From: Candidatus Uhrbacteria bacterium
Lineage (GTDB): Bacteria > Patescibacteriota > Patescibacteriia > UBA9934 > UBA10169
Length of the DNA stretch: 64,000 nucleotides
Direction of reading: 5' to 3'
Assembly: GCA_016187485.1 (NCBI GenBank)
Contig: JACPJO010000005.1
Coordinates: forward strand, 7,499-71,498
The translations under genes were made by a program, and so were the position numbers. Under the pieces are notes generated by a model. It did no database searches and was not told the DNA's origin. It worked only from the letters and a program-made list of their open reading frames with translations. This document shows, one piece after another, positions 45,233 through 58,189 of this stretch. The stretch's first letter is position 1; each line of letters opens with the position of its first letter.

Positions 45233-46723
45233 TTGGGCCGTCCAAAGACGGACGGCAAGTTCCTTGCAAGATGTTGGGCAATCCCGCCCTGTGTACGGCG
45301 CCGTGTGGCGCAGAAAGTGAGAGAGGCCATGCCTCGTCCCCGTAAGGCTCTGCCTGCAGAGCTCCGGCCCGCCATTCCGGGCAAACCGGTCAATCTTCTT
45401 CCCGACAAGTACCGCCGGAACCCCCTCCAGTTCGCCCGCGAGGAGATCGACATCGCGCGCAACAAGGGGGAAGTGCCCGACAACGATGCCGCTTTCCAGA
45501 CCCAGATCATCGAGGAGGACGAACGGCGGTGGCGGTCGCGCGAGCTGCCCGCCATCGCGGGGTACGTGAACCGGATGTACGCGCGCGGAACGTTCGTGGA
45601 CCCCGACGACTTCATGATCGTCTGGGGGCTCTGGAACCAGCACACCCACAGCTTCCGGCTCTCGCACGGCGACCCGGCGGTCACGAACGTTCTCACTGCC
45701 CACAACCAGGGCATGGCCCGCCCCATCACCGATGCGTTCCGCCCCATCCACGAGAAGGCGGTTCCGGTCCCGTTGGCGCTCCTCGCCTTCGAGAAGCGGG
45801 AGATGGGCGAGGACGTCCCGGCGGGCGTCGAGACGTCGGTGTACGTCTACGTCTGCATGCCGGCCAATCTCGAGGCATCGGTGAAAGACGGAAACTTCAC
45901 CGACGACGTGAGCGTGGGCGACACCCAGGTCTACACCACGGATCGCCAGGCAGTGCACCGCCGGAAGGAGGGCAATTTCCTCTTCCGGCCGAACAGCGTG
46001 TCCAAGCACCCCCGCAAGCGCTTCGTCGCCTTCCATCCCGTCACGAAGAAGCCGATCTACCTCGCTGTGATCCCGCAGCGCTTCCTGCGCCGTGGCAAAG
46101 AGGGCGAGGAAGGCTTCCAGCCCGGGCAGCCCTGCCCGGTGGACATGGACGAGTTCGCGGACGGCTACCAGGCCCAGGTCATGGACGAAGGTGCGGTGGC
46201 CACGGACGAGCCGGCGGAAGAGGAAGTCAAGAAGATCCTCGACCGCATCGCGCACGGAGGTGCCGGCGGGCGCAAGGCCAGCAGGCAGGGCGAGTTCGAC
46301 TTCGACGGCCGCGTCTGGAACGCGCTCTCGATCCTCGGCATCAAGGAGGGTGAAGCGCCGACGGCAGAGAGCATCGGGAAGGCGCGCAGGCGCTACAGTC
46401 CGAGGCTCTTCGATGCTCGAAGCGCCATGGGCCTCCACAGCGCCCTCGTCCTGCTCGGCATGCCCGAGAGCGATCGCACCGCGTACATGAAGGACAAGCA
46501 CTTCGAGATCTTCAAAGCCGCGGTCGGTGTGGCCGAGGGGATGCTGCCGAAGGCCGAGCCGGTGGAGGAGACGGAAGGCGACAAGCCCGCCGACTCGCCA
46601 CCCGCAACAAGCGAAGCGTCCAGCGCGACGACCTCGCCCGCCGACACGACGGACGACCCCGCCATGTCCCAGCCCGCCGCGACCCGCAAGGCCCCGCGCG
46701 TGGAACCCGGCACCGACGACTGA
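45233..46723 (+). CDS. Large hypothetical protein (up to 496 aa) in a GC-rich foreign block, with acidic Ser/Thr/Pro-rich C-terminal tail
   Basis: Long ORF whose overlapping antisense ORFs show high-GC artefact composition. The true start is possibly the Met at about 45329 (MPRPRKAL). Stop TGA at 46721-46723. Confidence 0.5.
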   Translation: MGRPKTDGKFLARCWAIPPCVRRRVAQKVREAMPRPRKALPAELRPAIPGKPVNLLPDKYRRNPLQFAREEIDIARNKGEVPDNDAAFQTQIIEEDERRWRSRELPAIAGYVNRMYARGTFVDPDDFMIVWGLWNQHTHSFRLSHGDPAVTNVLTAHNQGMARPITDAFRPIHEKAVPVPLALLAFEKREMGEDVPAGVETSVYVYVCMPANLEASVKDGNFTDDVSVGDTQVYTTDRQAVHRRKEGNFLFRPNSVSKHPRKRFVAFHPVTKKPIYLAVIPQRFLRRGKEGEEGFQPGQPCPVDMDEFADGYQAQVMDEGAVATDEPAEEEVKKILDRIAHGGAGGRKASRQGEFDFDGRVWNALSILGIKEGEAPTAESIGKARRRYSPRLFDARSAMGLHSALVLLGMPESDRTAYMKDKHFEIFKAAVGVAEGMLPKAEPVEETEGDKPADSPPATSEASSATTSPADTTDDPAMSQPAATRKAPRVEPGTDD

Positions 46724-46745
46724 CAGACCAATTCGTTCTTTCTCT

Positions 46746-46776
46746 CTAGCGACCCCACGGGGTCGCTTTCGACTTT
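46746..46776 (+). terminator. Rho-independent terminator; copy 2 (inverted) of the 31-nt element at 34537-34567
   Basis: AGCGACCCC-ACG-GGGGTCGCT followed by TTCGACTTTTTTG. Starts 23 nt after the stop of gene 45233..46723. Confidence 0.65.
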
Positions 46777-47000
46777 TTTGTATCTTTCCTTTATTCCCCC
46801 TCGAAGGTATGTAAGGATAATCTAAGGCGTGTCGCAAGGACGGGGCCCCCATAACCCCGCAGCCCAGCTCAGCTGGGCGCAGCGAGTCATCGAGCGAGGA
46901 GGATGGGGTGGACGTAGCGGTTACACGCCGTCTTGTTACCTGTTCAAAACTTCCCTTGACCTTTAGTGTCTTTCCCTATATACTTTCGGCGCTTTTCGAT

Positions 47001-48066
<1,066 letters not shown>

Positions 48067-48104
48067 GACGTTTCCTTCTGCTCCGATGCCGGAGCAGGGC
48101 TGAG

Positions 48105-48674
48105 ATGTTCTTCTCTCTTTATTCTATGTCTGTCGAACCACAAACGATTGCTCAAACGGTTGAAGCCGCCACAGCCGCTGGCCCCATTGAGGCCTTCGGT
48201 CTTAATGTGAAGATTTTCTTTGCACAACTCGTGAACTTTCTTCTCGTGCTTGTGGTGCTTTGGCGATTTGTCTATCGGCCGGTGGTGGCAATGCTTGAAG
48301 CGCGCGAGGAGAAGATCAAAAAAAGTGTGGAGCATGCAGAAGAGATTGAACGGAAACTGAAGGAAACGGAGCGCGCGCGCGAGGAAGCGTTGGCGCAAAC
48401 ACGTCTGGAGGCGACACGGTTGATTGAAGAGGCTCAAGCGAAGGCGGAAGAGAAGCAACAGGAAGTCTTAGCCAAAACACGTAAGGAGGCCGAGAAGATT
48501 GTCTACGCCAGTCGCGCACACATTGCCGAGGAGCGTGAAAAAATGTTCGCCGATGTGCGTGGGGAAGTTGCGGGGCTTGTCGTGGCGGCCGCCGAGAAAA
48601 TTCTTGCGAGTTCGGTTGATAAGAAGCGTTCGGAAGCAATGACCGAAGAAGTAATGAAGGAGGCTGGACTATGA
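48105..48674 (+). CDS. atpF: F0F1 ATP synthase subunit b
   Basis: Single N-terminal TM helix followed by a long charged coiled coil (LEAREEKIKKSVEHAEEIERKLKETERAREEA). Confidence 0.75.
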   Translation: MFFSLYSMSVEPQTIAQTVEAATAAGPIEAFGLNVKIFFAQLVNFLLVLVVLWRFVYRPVVAMLEAREEKIKKSVEHAEEIERKLKETERAREEALAQTRLEATRLIEEAQAKAEEKQQEVLAKTRKEAEKIVYASRAHIAEEREKMFADVRGEVAGLVVAAAEKILASSVDKKRSEAMTEEVMKEAGL

Positions 48675-49060
48675 AAAAGCCTGCGGTCTATTGGGCACGG
48701 CTTCTCTACACCCTTGCCTCGCAGAAAACAGGCGAGGAGTTGACGGAGGCACTGCGCGTGTTCGTGCAGCATTTGGAGCGTCACAACGCGCGTTCCCGTT
48801 GGCGCGAGATTGCTCGAGCCTTCGAAGATGTGTGGCGGAAGGAACATGGAGCGGCCACTGTAGAGCTGTCGAGTGTGGAAGAGCCTGATCGCCACTGGCG
48901 GGACCGCCTGGCGAAAACTTTCCCCGGCGCGGAAATTCGCCTGACAAGAGACTCGGAACTTCTCGGTGGCGCTGTCCTCCAGATTGATGACAGACGCATA
49001 GACATGACGGATCGTGCGAAACTCAAAGCTCTTACCAACTTCCTTACGGCAAACGTATGA
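48671..49060 (+). CDS. atpH: F0F1 ATP synthase subunit delta (short form, 129 aa)
   Basis: Position between atpF and atpA, plus the C-terminal pattern [25 protein letters not shown] typical of delta/OSCP. Confidence 0.65.
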   Translation: MKKPAVYWARLLYTLASQKTGEELTEALRVFVQHLERHNARSRWREIARAFEDVWRKEHGAATVELSSVEEPDRHWRDRLAKTFPGAEIRLTRDSELLGGAVLQIDDRRIDMTDRAKLKALTNFLTANV

Positions 49061-50568
49061 CGACCAAAACAAAAAAAGAAGACATCATTTCCTCTCTGCG
49101 CGAGCAGATCGAGCAATTTGAACATACGGCGAAGACGGAGCACGTCGGTACGGTCGTGTCGGTGGCTGATGGTACGGCACGACTTTCCGGATTATCGAAT
49201 GTTGCGGCGTCGGAGATGCTGACGTTTGAGGACGGTACCGTGGGTGTGGCACTCAACCTTGAAGAGGATACCGTGGGCGCTATCATTTTTGGCGAGACGA
49301 GAGCCATTCACGAAGGGGACTCCGTGAAGGCTGCGGGGCGTATTCTCTCCATTCCTGTTTCCGATGCCGTGGTGGGTCGCGTGATCAATCCACTTGGGGA
49401 ACCGGTAGACGGAAAGGGGGCCATGAAGGCAACTGATTTCATGCCCATTGAGCGCATCGCGCCGGGCGTTATGACGCGTGAACCCGTGGGCGTGCCCATG
49501 CAGACAGGTTTGAAAGCGATTGATGCGCTTATCCCGATCGGCCGCGGTCAGCGCGAACTTATTATTGGAGACCGACAGACGGGAAAGACCGCTATTGCCA
49601 TCGATGCCATCATCAACCAGAGGGGGCAGAACATGAAGTGTATTTACGTAGCGATCGGACAGAAAGAATCCAAGATTGCGAAACTTGTGGCGAGGCTCGA
49701 GGAAGCAGGGGCTATGGAATACACCACGATTGTCATTGCCGGTGCTTCTGACCCTGCGGCCATGAGCTACATTGCGCCCTATGCCGGGTGCGCGATCGGT
49801 GAGTATTTCATGAAAAAAGGCGAGGACGCGCTCATCATCTATGATGATCTCTCCAAGCACGCGTGGGCGTTCCGCGAGATTTCTCTCTTGCTCCGCCGTC
49901 CGCCGGGACGCGAAGCCTATCCGGGCGACGTGTTCTACCTCCACTCGCGCTTGCTTGAGCGCGCCGCTCGCCTTAACAAAGAAAATGGCGGCGGGTCCCT
50001 CACGGCCCTTCCGATTATTGAAACGCAATCGGGCGATGTCTCTGCGTACATTCCCACAAACGTCATTTCCATAACAGATGGGCAGATCTATCTTGAAACC
50101 GACTTGTTCTACAAGGGTATCCGTCCCGCGCTGAACGTCGGCCTTTCCGTGTCGCGTGTCGGTGGCGCAGCGCAAACAAAGGCTATGAAAAAAGTTGCCG
50201 GACGTCTTCGTCTCGAGCTTGCCCAGTTCCGCGAATTGGAAGCTTTTGCGCAGTTTGCCTCTGATTTGGATGAGGGAACGCGCAAGCAAATTGAACGTGG
50301 TCGCCGTCTCACGGAGGTGCTTAAGCAGAAACAGTACTCACCCATGCCGTTTGAAGAACAGGTTTCGGTCATTTACGCCGTGACAAACGGGTACCTCGAC
50401 GACGTAGCCGTGGAAAAGGTAGGAGACTTTGAGCAAGGGCTTCTTGGGTATCTGCGCGCAAACAAAGAGGATCTGTTGAAGCTTATTCAGAAGGAAAAAG
50501 CTATTACGGAAGAAGTGGAGGCAGGGCTTAAAACGGTGATGAATGAGTTTGCGAGCATGAAAAAGTAG
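49057..50568 (+). CDS. atpA: F0F1 ATP synthase subunit alpha
   Basis: P-loop GDRQTGKT, plus the alpha-specific [10 protein letters not shown] and the [39 protein letters not shown] block. Confidence 0.95.
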   Translation: MTTKTKKEDIISSLREQIEQFEHTAKTEHVGTVVSVADGTARLSGLSNVAASEMLTFEDGTVGVALNLEEDTVGAIIFGETRAIHEGDSVKAAGRILSIPVSDAVVGRVINPLGEPVDGKGAMKATDFMPIERIAPGVMTREPVGVPMQTGLKAIDALIPIGRGQRELIIGDRQTGKTAIAIDAIINQRGQNMKCIYVAIGQKESKIAKLVARLEEAGAMEYTTIVIAGASDPAAMSYIAPYAGCAIGEYFMKKGEDALIIYDDLSKHAWAFREISLLLRRPPGREAYPGDVFYLHSRLLERAARLNKENGGGSLTALPIIETQSGDVSAYIPTNVISITDGQIYLETDLFYKGIRPALNVGLSVSRVGGAAQTKAMKKVAGRLRLELAQFRELEAFAQFASDLDEGTRKQIERGRRLTEVLKQKQYSPMPFEEQVSVIYAVTNGYLDDVAVEKVGDFEQGLLGYLRANKEDLLKLIQKEKAITEEVEAGLKTVMNEFASMKK

Positions 50569-50573
50569 TTCGT

Positions 50574-52908
<2,335 letters not shown>

Positions 52909-52910
52909 CT

Positions 52911-53336
52911 ATGGCAGCAAAGCTTCACATAAAATTAGTCACGCCGGAGCGCTTGCTTTTGGAAAAAGAGGCGGACCAGGTGACGCTTATGACCGAGCAA
53001 GGCGAGATTACCATCCTTCCCGGACATATTCCGCTTGTTGCAAATTTGCGAGCTGGGGAAGTGCGTGTTGTGGAAGGAGGCCGAACGGAATATTTAGTAA
53101 CATCAACGGGATTTGTTGAGGTTCGGGAAAATGGGACAGTGACGTTACTGGCGGACACGGCGGAGCGCGAGGAAGAGTTGGATATACAAAAAATCGGGGA
53201 AGCACGCACGCGGGCTCAAGAAACGCTTTCGGGAGTACGTAAACTTGAAGACGTGGATTACGCTCACGCTGTTGCCGCCCTTGAGCGCGAACTCGCCCGC
53301 GAGCGCGTGGCAATGAAACGTAAGCACCGAAAATAA
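52911..53336 (+). CDS. atpC: F0F1 ATP synthase subunit epsilon
   Basis: KLHIKLVTPERLLLEKEADQVTLMTEQGEITILPGHIPLVANL is the epsilon beta-sandwich signature. Confidence 0.85.
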   Translation: MAAKLHIKLVTPERLLLEKEADQVTLMTEQGEITILPGHIPLVANLRAGEVRVVEGGRTEYLVTSTGFVEVRENGTVTLLADTAEREEELDIQKIGEARTRAQETLSGVRKLEDVDYAHAVAALERELARERVAMKRKHRK

Positions 53337-53343
53337 ATACAAA

Positions 53344-53367
53344 CTCTCTTAGTGGTCACTAAGAGAG
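53344..53367. terminator. Hairpin immediately after atpC (first of two related stem-loops)
   Basis: CTCTCTTAGTG-GT-CACTAAGAGAG, a perfect 11-bp stem. The flanks are U-rich on the minus side and A-rich on the plus side. A second hairpin lies at 53432-53459. Confidence 0.4.
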
Positions 53368-53498
53368 AAATTAATGGGGTGATGTCAAAATTTCTCTCAT
53401 TTTACAGTCGTCCAGTATCTCTGGACCAACTTTCTCACTAAGTGATCTCTTAGTGAGAAAAGTCTGGGGCGGACCAGGTACCGATTTCTCTTGCTCCT

Positions 53499-56375
53499 TT
53501 GCTACAATACGTCCCTATGGCTGATCTCCTGGAAGGGCTCAACGAGGCGCAAAGAAAGGCGGTGACTCATAAGGACGGACCTTTGCTTATAATTGCGGGA
53601 GCTGGCACGGGGAAAACTACGGTGATTGTCCGGCGATTTGCCTGGTTGGTGGAGCAGGGTCTCGCGCCTTCTTCAGGAATTCTCACGCTTACTTTCACGG
53701 AAAAAGCGGTGCGGGAGCTCGAGGAGCGCGTAGACCAACTTTTACCGCTCGGACACCTCGATCTCCACATCCACACATTTCATGGCTTTTGTGAATGGGT
53801 ACTGCGCAAGTTTGGTATAGAAATCGGGCTTGCCCCGGATTTTGAGGTGCTTACGGAAGTGGACGCGTGGCTTTTTGCCCGTCGTAATATGCGCTCCCTT
53901 CCGCTTGACCGTTATCGCCCCACAGGGAAGGAAACAAAGTTTCTCCGGCATATTCTCACGCACATCTCCCGGGCGCGAGATGAAGGAGTGACCGCTGAAG
54001 CGTACGAAGCTTGTGCCACAAAGAGTGAGGAGCACGCGACAACAGAGGCGGAAAGAGCCGAGTCCTCCCGGATTCGGGAATTAGCAAAAGTCTACCGCGC
54101 CTACGAAGACCTACTTCATGCACATCACGCGTTGGACTTTGCAGGGCTGATTGCCGCTACGCTCAGGCTTCTTGAAACACGAGCGGATATTCTAGAGGCT
54201 GTTCGGTCGCAGTTCCCGTATCTTCTTGTAGATGAATTTCAAGACACGAATGCGGTACAGTACAAGCTTGTAAAACTTCTGGCACAGCCGCACAACTGCG
54301 TGACGGTAGTTGGTGATGACGACCAGTCGATTTATCGTTTTCGCGGAGCCTCTGTGGAAAATATCCTCGCCTTCAATCGTGAGTATCCGGAGGCAGAGCG
54401 CGTTGTGCTCACAGAAAATTATCGGTCGCGCCAGAATATTCTCGATGCGGCCTATCGTTTTATTCAGCACAACAATCCTCATCGCTTGGAATCAGAGACG
54501 GGGCTCACGAAGAAACTTTCTGCGGTGCGCGGCAGCGGGGGAGAGGTCGTGCACTGGCAAGGAGCGACACTTTCAGAAGAGGCAAGAACGGTTGTGGATG
54601 AAATTCTCCGCTTGAAGGCCGCTGGCTCCATTGAGCGATGGAGCGACGTGGGAATTCTTGCGCGGGCCAACGATCACGCAGTCCCGTTTGCGGCCGAACT
54701 TGAGTCTCGGGGCATTCCTTTTCGTTTTTTTGCGATGCAGGGGCTTTATCAAAAAAGCGTTATCTTAGATGTGCTTGCGTGGATGCGCGTTGTCGTCTCG
54801 CCTTTTCGGAGCGCGGAAGCTTATCGTGTGCTGCGGCATTCTTTTTGGGACATTCCTACGGAGGATTTAGCACGCGTGTGTTTTGAAGCGGAGCGTCAAG
54901 GACGTAATCTGTTTGAGACCATGCAAAGAGGGGCAACAGAGCTCACGCTCCGTGGGCGCGCAGCATCGGAGCAGATTGTTTCGGTGCGAAACGAACTTGC
55001 AGAACTTGCACGAACGAAGCGGATAAAAGAATTGTTCATCTATATTCTTCACAAAGGGGGCATCATCGCAGAAGTGGAGAAAGAAGAAGAGGCGCAAAAG
55101 CGTCAGACGTATAGCTATCTGACGCAGATGTTTGAGCGTGTCAAACGTTTTGATAGGCAAAGTGACGAGGGAACCATCCAGGAGTTCCTCATGGAATTTG
55201 ATGAAGAACGGCAAGCGGGGGAAGCAGGAGCGCTTGCTGGGGATGTTGAAGAAGGGCCGGATGTCGTGCGTCTTCTCACGGTTCACAGTGCGAAAGGGCT
55301 TGAGTTCCACACCGTCTTTGTGGTGAATGTGGTAGATGCCCGTTTTCCCACGCGAGAACGCGAAAGCGGAATCCCTCTCCCCCCAGAGCTTCTTTCCCCA
55401 TCTTGGTATGCGGACGATGCGCATGCAGAGGAAGAACGGCGTCTCTTTTACGTTGCCTGCACACGTGCTAAAGATCGCCTCTATATTACTTCTGCCCTTG
55501 ACTACGGCGGCGCACGGAAGAAGAAGCCCTCAAGGTTTATTGAGGAAATGAATATCCCGACGGATCTTATAGGTGCCGGAGACCAGGGAGTTTTTGCTTT
55601 CGGAGAAGCGCAAACCCCGCCAAATGTAACGACGACGATGACGATCCCAAAGTACCTGAGTTTTACACAGCTGGCAGCATTCGAGCGCTGCCCTCTGCAG
55701 TATAAATTTGCGCATCTCCTTCGCATACCTGTTCTTGGCAATGCGCACATCTCGTACGGAAAGTCCGTACACAAAGCTCTCGAAAATTTTACAAGAGAAT
55801 GGATGAAGAACAACGCTTTGCCGCCTGTTGAACTTCTGCTTTCTCTCTATCGCGAGTGCTGGATTGATGAGTGGTATCGAGACGACGACATGCGCAACGC
55901 CTTTCGCGCAAAGGGAGAACACGCCCTGCGCACGCTCTTTGACGAATGGTGCATCTCCCCTCCGGAGCCGTTTGCGGTCGAGCAGCCGTTCACACTTGCG
56001 TTTGGCGGAGGTATACTACGAGGGCAAATAGATCGTGTGGACAGGGGAGCGGACGGGCTTTACATTACAGATTATAAAACGGGCACACCAAAGACGGCGG
56101 ATGCTCTCCCCAGAGAAGATCGCGCGCAGTTGTATCTCTACCAGTGGGCGGCGGAAGAGCTTTGGCACGAACCGATCGCGCGGCTCTCCTATCGCTATAT
56201 GGAGGATGGTTCCCATGTTGACTTTTTGGGGGGTCAAGATGATTTGGACCGCGTACGCGAACGTCTTCGACAGACGTATAAAGACATCCAGTCTTCTCGT
56301 TTTTCCCCCAAACCTAACCCCATCACGTGCGCGTTTTGCGACTTTGCGTCTATCTGCGAATATCGTGCAAGCTAG
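53499..56375 (+). CDS. UvrD/PcrA-type SF1 helicase fused to a C-terminal PD-(D/E)xK (RecB/Cas4-like) nuclease domain with Fe-S cysteines
   Basis: IIAGAGTGKT (motif I), VDEFQDTN (motif II) and the VVGDDDQSIYRFRGA block. The C-terminus has DRVDRGADGLYITDYKTGTPK and CAFCDFASICEYR. Confidence 0.85.
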   Translation: MLQYVPMADLLEGLNEAQRKAVTHKDGPLLIIAGAGTGKTTVIVRRFAWLVEQGLAPSSGILTLTFTEKAVRELEERVDQLLPLGHLDLHIHTFHGFCEWVLRKFGIEIGLAPDFEVLTEVDAWLFARRNMRSLPLDRYRPTGKETKFLRHILTHISRARDEGVTAEAYEACATKSEEHATTEAERAESSRIRELAKVYRAYEDLLHAHHALDFAGLIAATLRLLETRADILEAVRSQFPYLLVDEFQDTNAVQYKLVKLLAQPHNCVTVVGDDDQSIYRFRGASVENILAFNREYPEAERVVLTENYRSRQNILDAAYRFIQHNNPHRLESETGLTKKLSAVRGSGGEVVHWQGATLSEEARTVVDEILRLKAAGSIERWSDVGILARANDHAVPFAAELESRGIPFRFFAMQGLYQKSVILDVLAWMRVVVSPFRSAEAYRVLRHSFWDIPTEDLARVCFEAERQGRNLFETMQRGATELTLRGRAASEQIVSVRNELAELARTKRIKELFIYILHKGGIIAEVEKEEEAQKRQTYSYLTQMFERVKRFDRQSDEGTIQEFLMEFDEERQAGEAGALAGDVEEGPDVVRLLTVHSAKGLEFHTVFVVNVVDARFPTRERESGIPLPPELLSPSWYADDAHAEEERRLFYVACTRAKDRLYITSALDYGGARKKKPSRFIEEMNIPTDLIGAGDQGVFAFGEAQTPPNVTTTMTIPKYLSFTQLAAFERCPLQYKFAHLLRIPVLGNAHISYGKSVHKALENFTREWMKNNALPPVELLLSLYRECWIDEWYRDDDMRNAFRAKGEHALRTLFDEWCISPPEPFAVEQPFTLAFGGGILRGQIDRVDRGADGLYITDYKTGTPKTADALPREDRAQLYLYQWAAEELWHEPIARLSYRYMEDGSHVDFLGGQDDLDRVRERLRQTYKDIQSSRFSPKPNPITCAFCDFASICEYRAS

Positions 56376-56377
56376 TT

Positions 56378-56683
56378 ATGCTCTCCCTCTCAAACCTTCT
56401 TACGCCTGCCCTCCGTCGCGCAGGGATTGAGCGCGCCGTTCTCGCTGCACAGGTTGTTTCTGCCACGGAAGAGTGGCTCACGGTCATGCTCCCGGAAGCA
56501 ACACGTAATTCCGCGAAAGCGATCTCCGTGTACGATGAGACGATCCATATTGCGTGCACCAATCGCGCCGTGGGCCAATTTTTAGAGGGGAGGTACAAAC
56601 TTTTAGAAGCTCACGTAGTGCGCGCTGTCCCTAAAATGAGCGTGCGCGCATTGCGCACACGGATTGTCGCTTTTCTCCCATGA
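56378..56683 (+). CDS. DUF721/DciA-like protein (tentative)
   Basis: LLTPALRRAGIERAVLAAQVVSATEEWL...ISVYDETIHIACTNRAVGQFL resembles DUF721. Start ATG at 56378, after the helicase stop. Confidence 0.45.
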   Translation: MLSLSNLLTPALRRAGIERAVLAAQVVSATEEWLTVMLPEATRNSAKAISVYDETIHIACTNRAVGQFLEGRYKLLEAHVVRAVPKMSVRALRTRIVAFLP

Positions 56684-57069
56684 CAACACACTTTTTCTTT
56701 CTCTTGACCGGCATAAGTACCGCGCTTTTGTGGATGGTGTGGATTCTTCTTCTTTGGCGGACGAATCCGGTGTTTGCGACGTGGACGGACCTTATCCTGG
56801 TCTTTGCAATTTTTTGGGTTGCCGTTACGGGAACGCTTGCTATCATTTCGCTCTGGGTTCGTGTACGTCTTCGTCCTTCGGTGCTCCTTATCCACCACGT
56901 AGGTATTTCGTTTCGTCAATCTGTGTTGATCGGGGGGCTTCTTACTGTTTCGCTGGTTCTCTTGGCCCACCAGCTTCTTGTCGTTTGGAGCGTTCTTGGC
57001 CTCCTTGTGCTTATCGGACTCATTGAGTGGTTCTTCCAACGCCGGCGTTTAGGGCAGCAAAAAACTTGA
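56680..57069 (+). CDS. Small membrane protein (hypothetical, ~3 TM helices)
   Basis: Hydrophobic helices (FFLLTGISTALLWMVWILLLW, LILVFAIFWVAVTGTLAII and LLTVSLVLLAHQLLVVWSVLGLLVLIGL). Confidence 0.4.
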   Translation: MTTHFFFLLTGISTALLWMVWILLLWRTNPVFATWTDLILVFAIFWVAVTGTLAIISLWVRVRLRPSVLLIHHVGISFRQSVLIGGLLTVSLVLLAHQLLVVWSVLGLLVLIGLIEWFFQRRRLGQQKT

Positions 57070-57134
57070 ACACCAAAACTGTTCAGGTTTTGCCTTGAGC
57101 TTGTAGCGGGCATGCGCTACCATAGACCGCGCGT

Positions 57135-58187
57135 ATGCTCAATCAATTTTTCGGTCGGTTCTCCCACGATCTTGGTATCGATCTCGGGACGTCTAATACT
57201 CGCGTTTTTGTGCGTGAGAAGGGGATTGTGATTGACGAACCTTCTGTCGTGGCCGTCAATACGCGAACGAATCAAATTTTGGCCGTAGGACGAGATGCGG
57301 AGGACATGCTTGGGAAGACGCCTCCACATGTGCAAACAACACGCCCGCTGCAGAAGGGACTTATTTCGGACTTTGAGGTGACGGAAAAAATGCTCAAATT
57401 TTTTATTGACCGCGTGCACAAGGAATCATTTACGCTTATTCCTCGTCCGCGCGTGGTGATGAGTGTGCCGCTTGATATTACGGAAGTGGAGCGCAAAGCA
57501 GTGGAAGATGCCGCAGCCTCTGCCGGAGCTCGTGAGGTGCATTTGGTGGAGTGCCCTATTGTCTCTGCGCTTGGCGCGCGTCTTCCGATTTCCGAATCTG
57601 TGGGGACGATGCTTGTGGACATCGGTGGCGGCAAGACGGAGATTTCCGTGCTGTCCCTTGCCGGTATTGTGACCTGGAAGTCTATCCCTGTGGCTGGTGA
57701 GGAGATGAACAAAAATATTACGCACTACGCACGGGATGTTTTCAGCATGATGCTTGGCGAACGTGTTGCGGAGCGCATTAAAATGAGAATCGGCAGTGCT
57801 ATCGAGCTCGAGGAACCGCTTGAGATGGAAATGCGCGGGCGCGATATGATTACAGGGCTTCCTAAAGAGATTATCGTGACGGACGGGCAAATCCGTGAGG
57901 CACTGGCCCGTTCTGTACAAACTATCCTGGAGCAAATCAAAGCCGCCCTTGAGGTCACGCCGCCGGAACTTGTGGCTGATATTTATGAGCGCGGAATTGT
58001 TCTGTGCGGTGGCGGCTCACTCCTGCGCGGGCTTGATCGTCTGATTTCCCGCTCCGCCTCGATTCCTGTGCGTGTCGCGGAAGATCCTCTCACCACGGCA
58101 GTGCGCGGCGCCGGGCGTCTCCTTGAACAGGATGCTCTTCTTGCCGATGTGACGTTGCCCTCTGCAAGCGCTTCGTCTATCGTCTAG
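57135..58187 (+). CDS. mreB: Rod shape-determining protein MreB (actin homologue)
   Basis: DLGIDLGTSNTRVFV phosphate-1 motif, VDIGGGKTEISV phosphate-2 and the GIVLCGGGSLLRGLD adenosine motif. Confidence 0.95.
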   Translation: MLNQFFGRFSHDLGIDLGTSNTRVFVREKGIVIDEPSVVAVNTRTNQILAVGRDAEDMLGKTPPHVQTTRPLQKGLISDFEVTEKMLKFFIDRVHKESFTLIPRPRVVMSVPLDITEVERKAVEDAAASAGAREVHLVECPIVSALGARLPISESVGTMLVDIGGGKTEISVLSLAGIVTWKSIPVAGEEMNKNITHYARDVFSMMLGERVAERIKMRIGSAIELEEPLEMEMRGRDMITGLPKEIIVTDGQIREALARSVQTILEQIKAALEVTPPELVADIYERGIVLCGGGSLLRGLDRLISRSASIPVRVAEDPLTTAVRGAGRLLEQDALLADVTLPSASASSIV

Positions 58188-58189
58188 CT

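Noticed and set aside
34537-46776. The identical palindromic hairpins as a CRISPR array or as the terminal inverted repeats of an IS element or transposon
   Set aside because: There are only two copies, 12 kb apart, and no spacers or transposase gene lie between them. The enclosed genes are core housekeeping genes of host-like composition. Each copy is positioned as a gene terminator.
45206-46852. ORFs 45206..46852 (-, 548 aa), 45529..46353 (+, 274 aa), 46092..46490 (+) and 46393..46758 (-)
   Set aside because: These are high-GC frame artefacts (Arg/Gly/Pro/Ala-rich) overlapping the better-supported 45233..46723 plus-strand gene.
49192-50289. 365-aa minus-strand ORF
   Set aside because: It lies antisense to atpA, whose identification is unambiguous.
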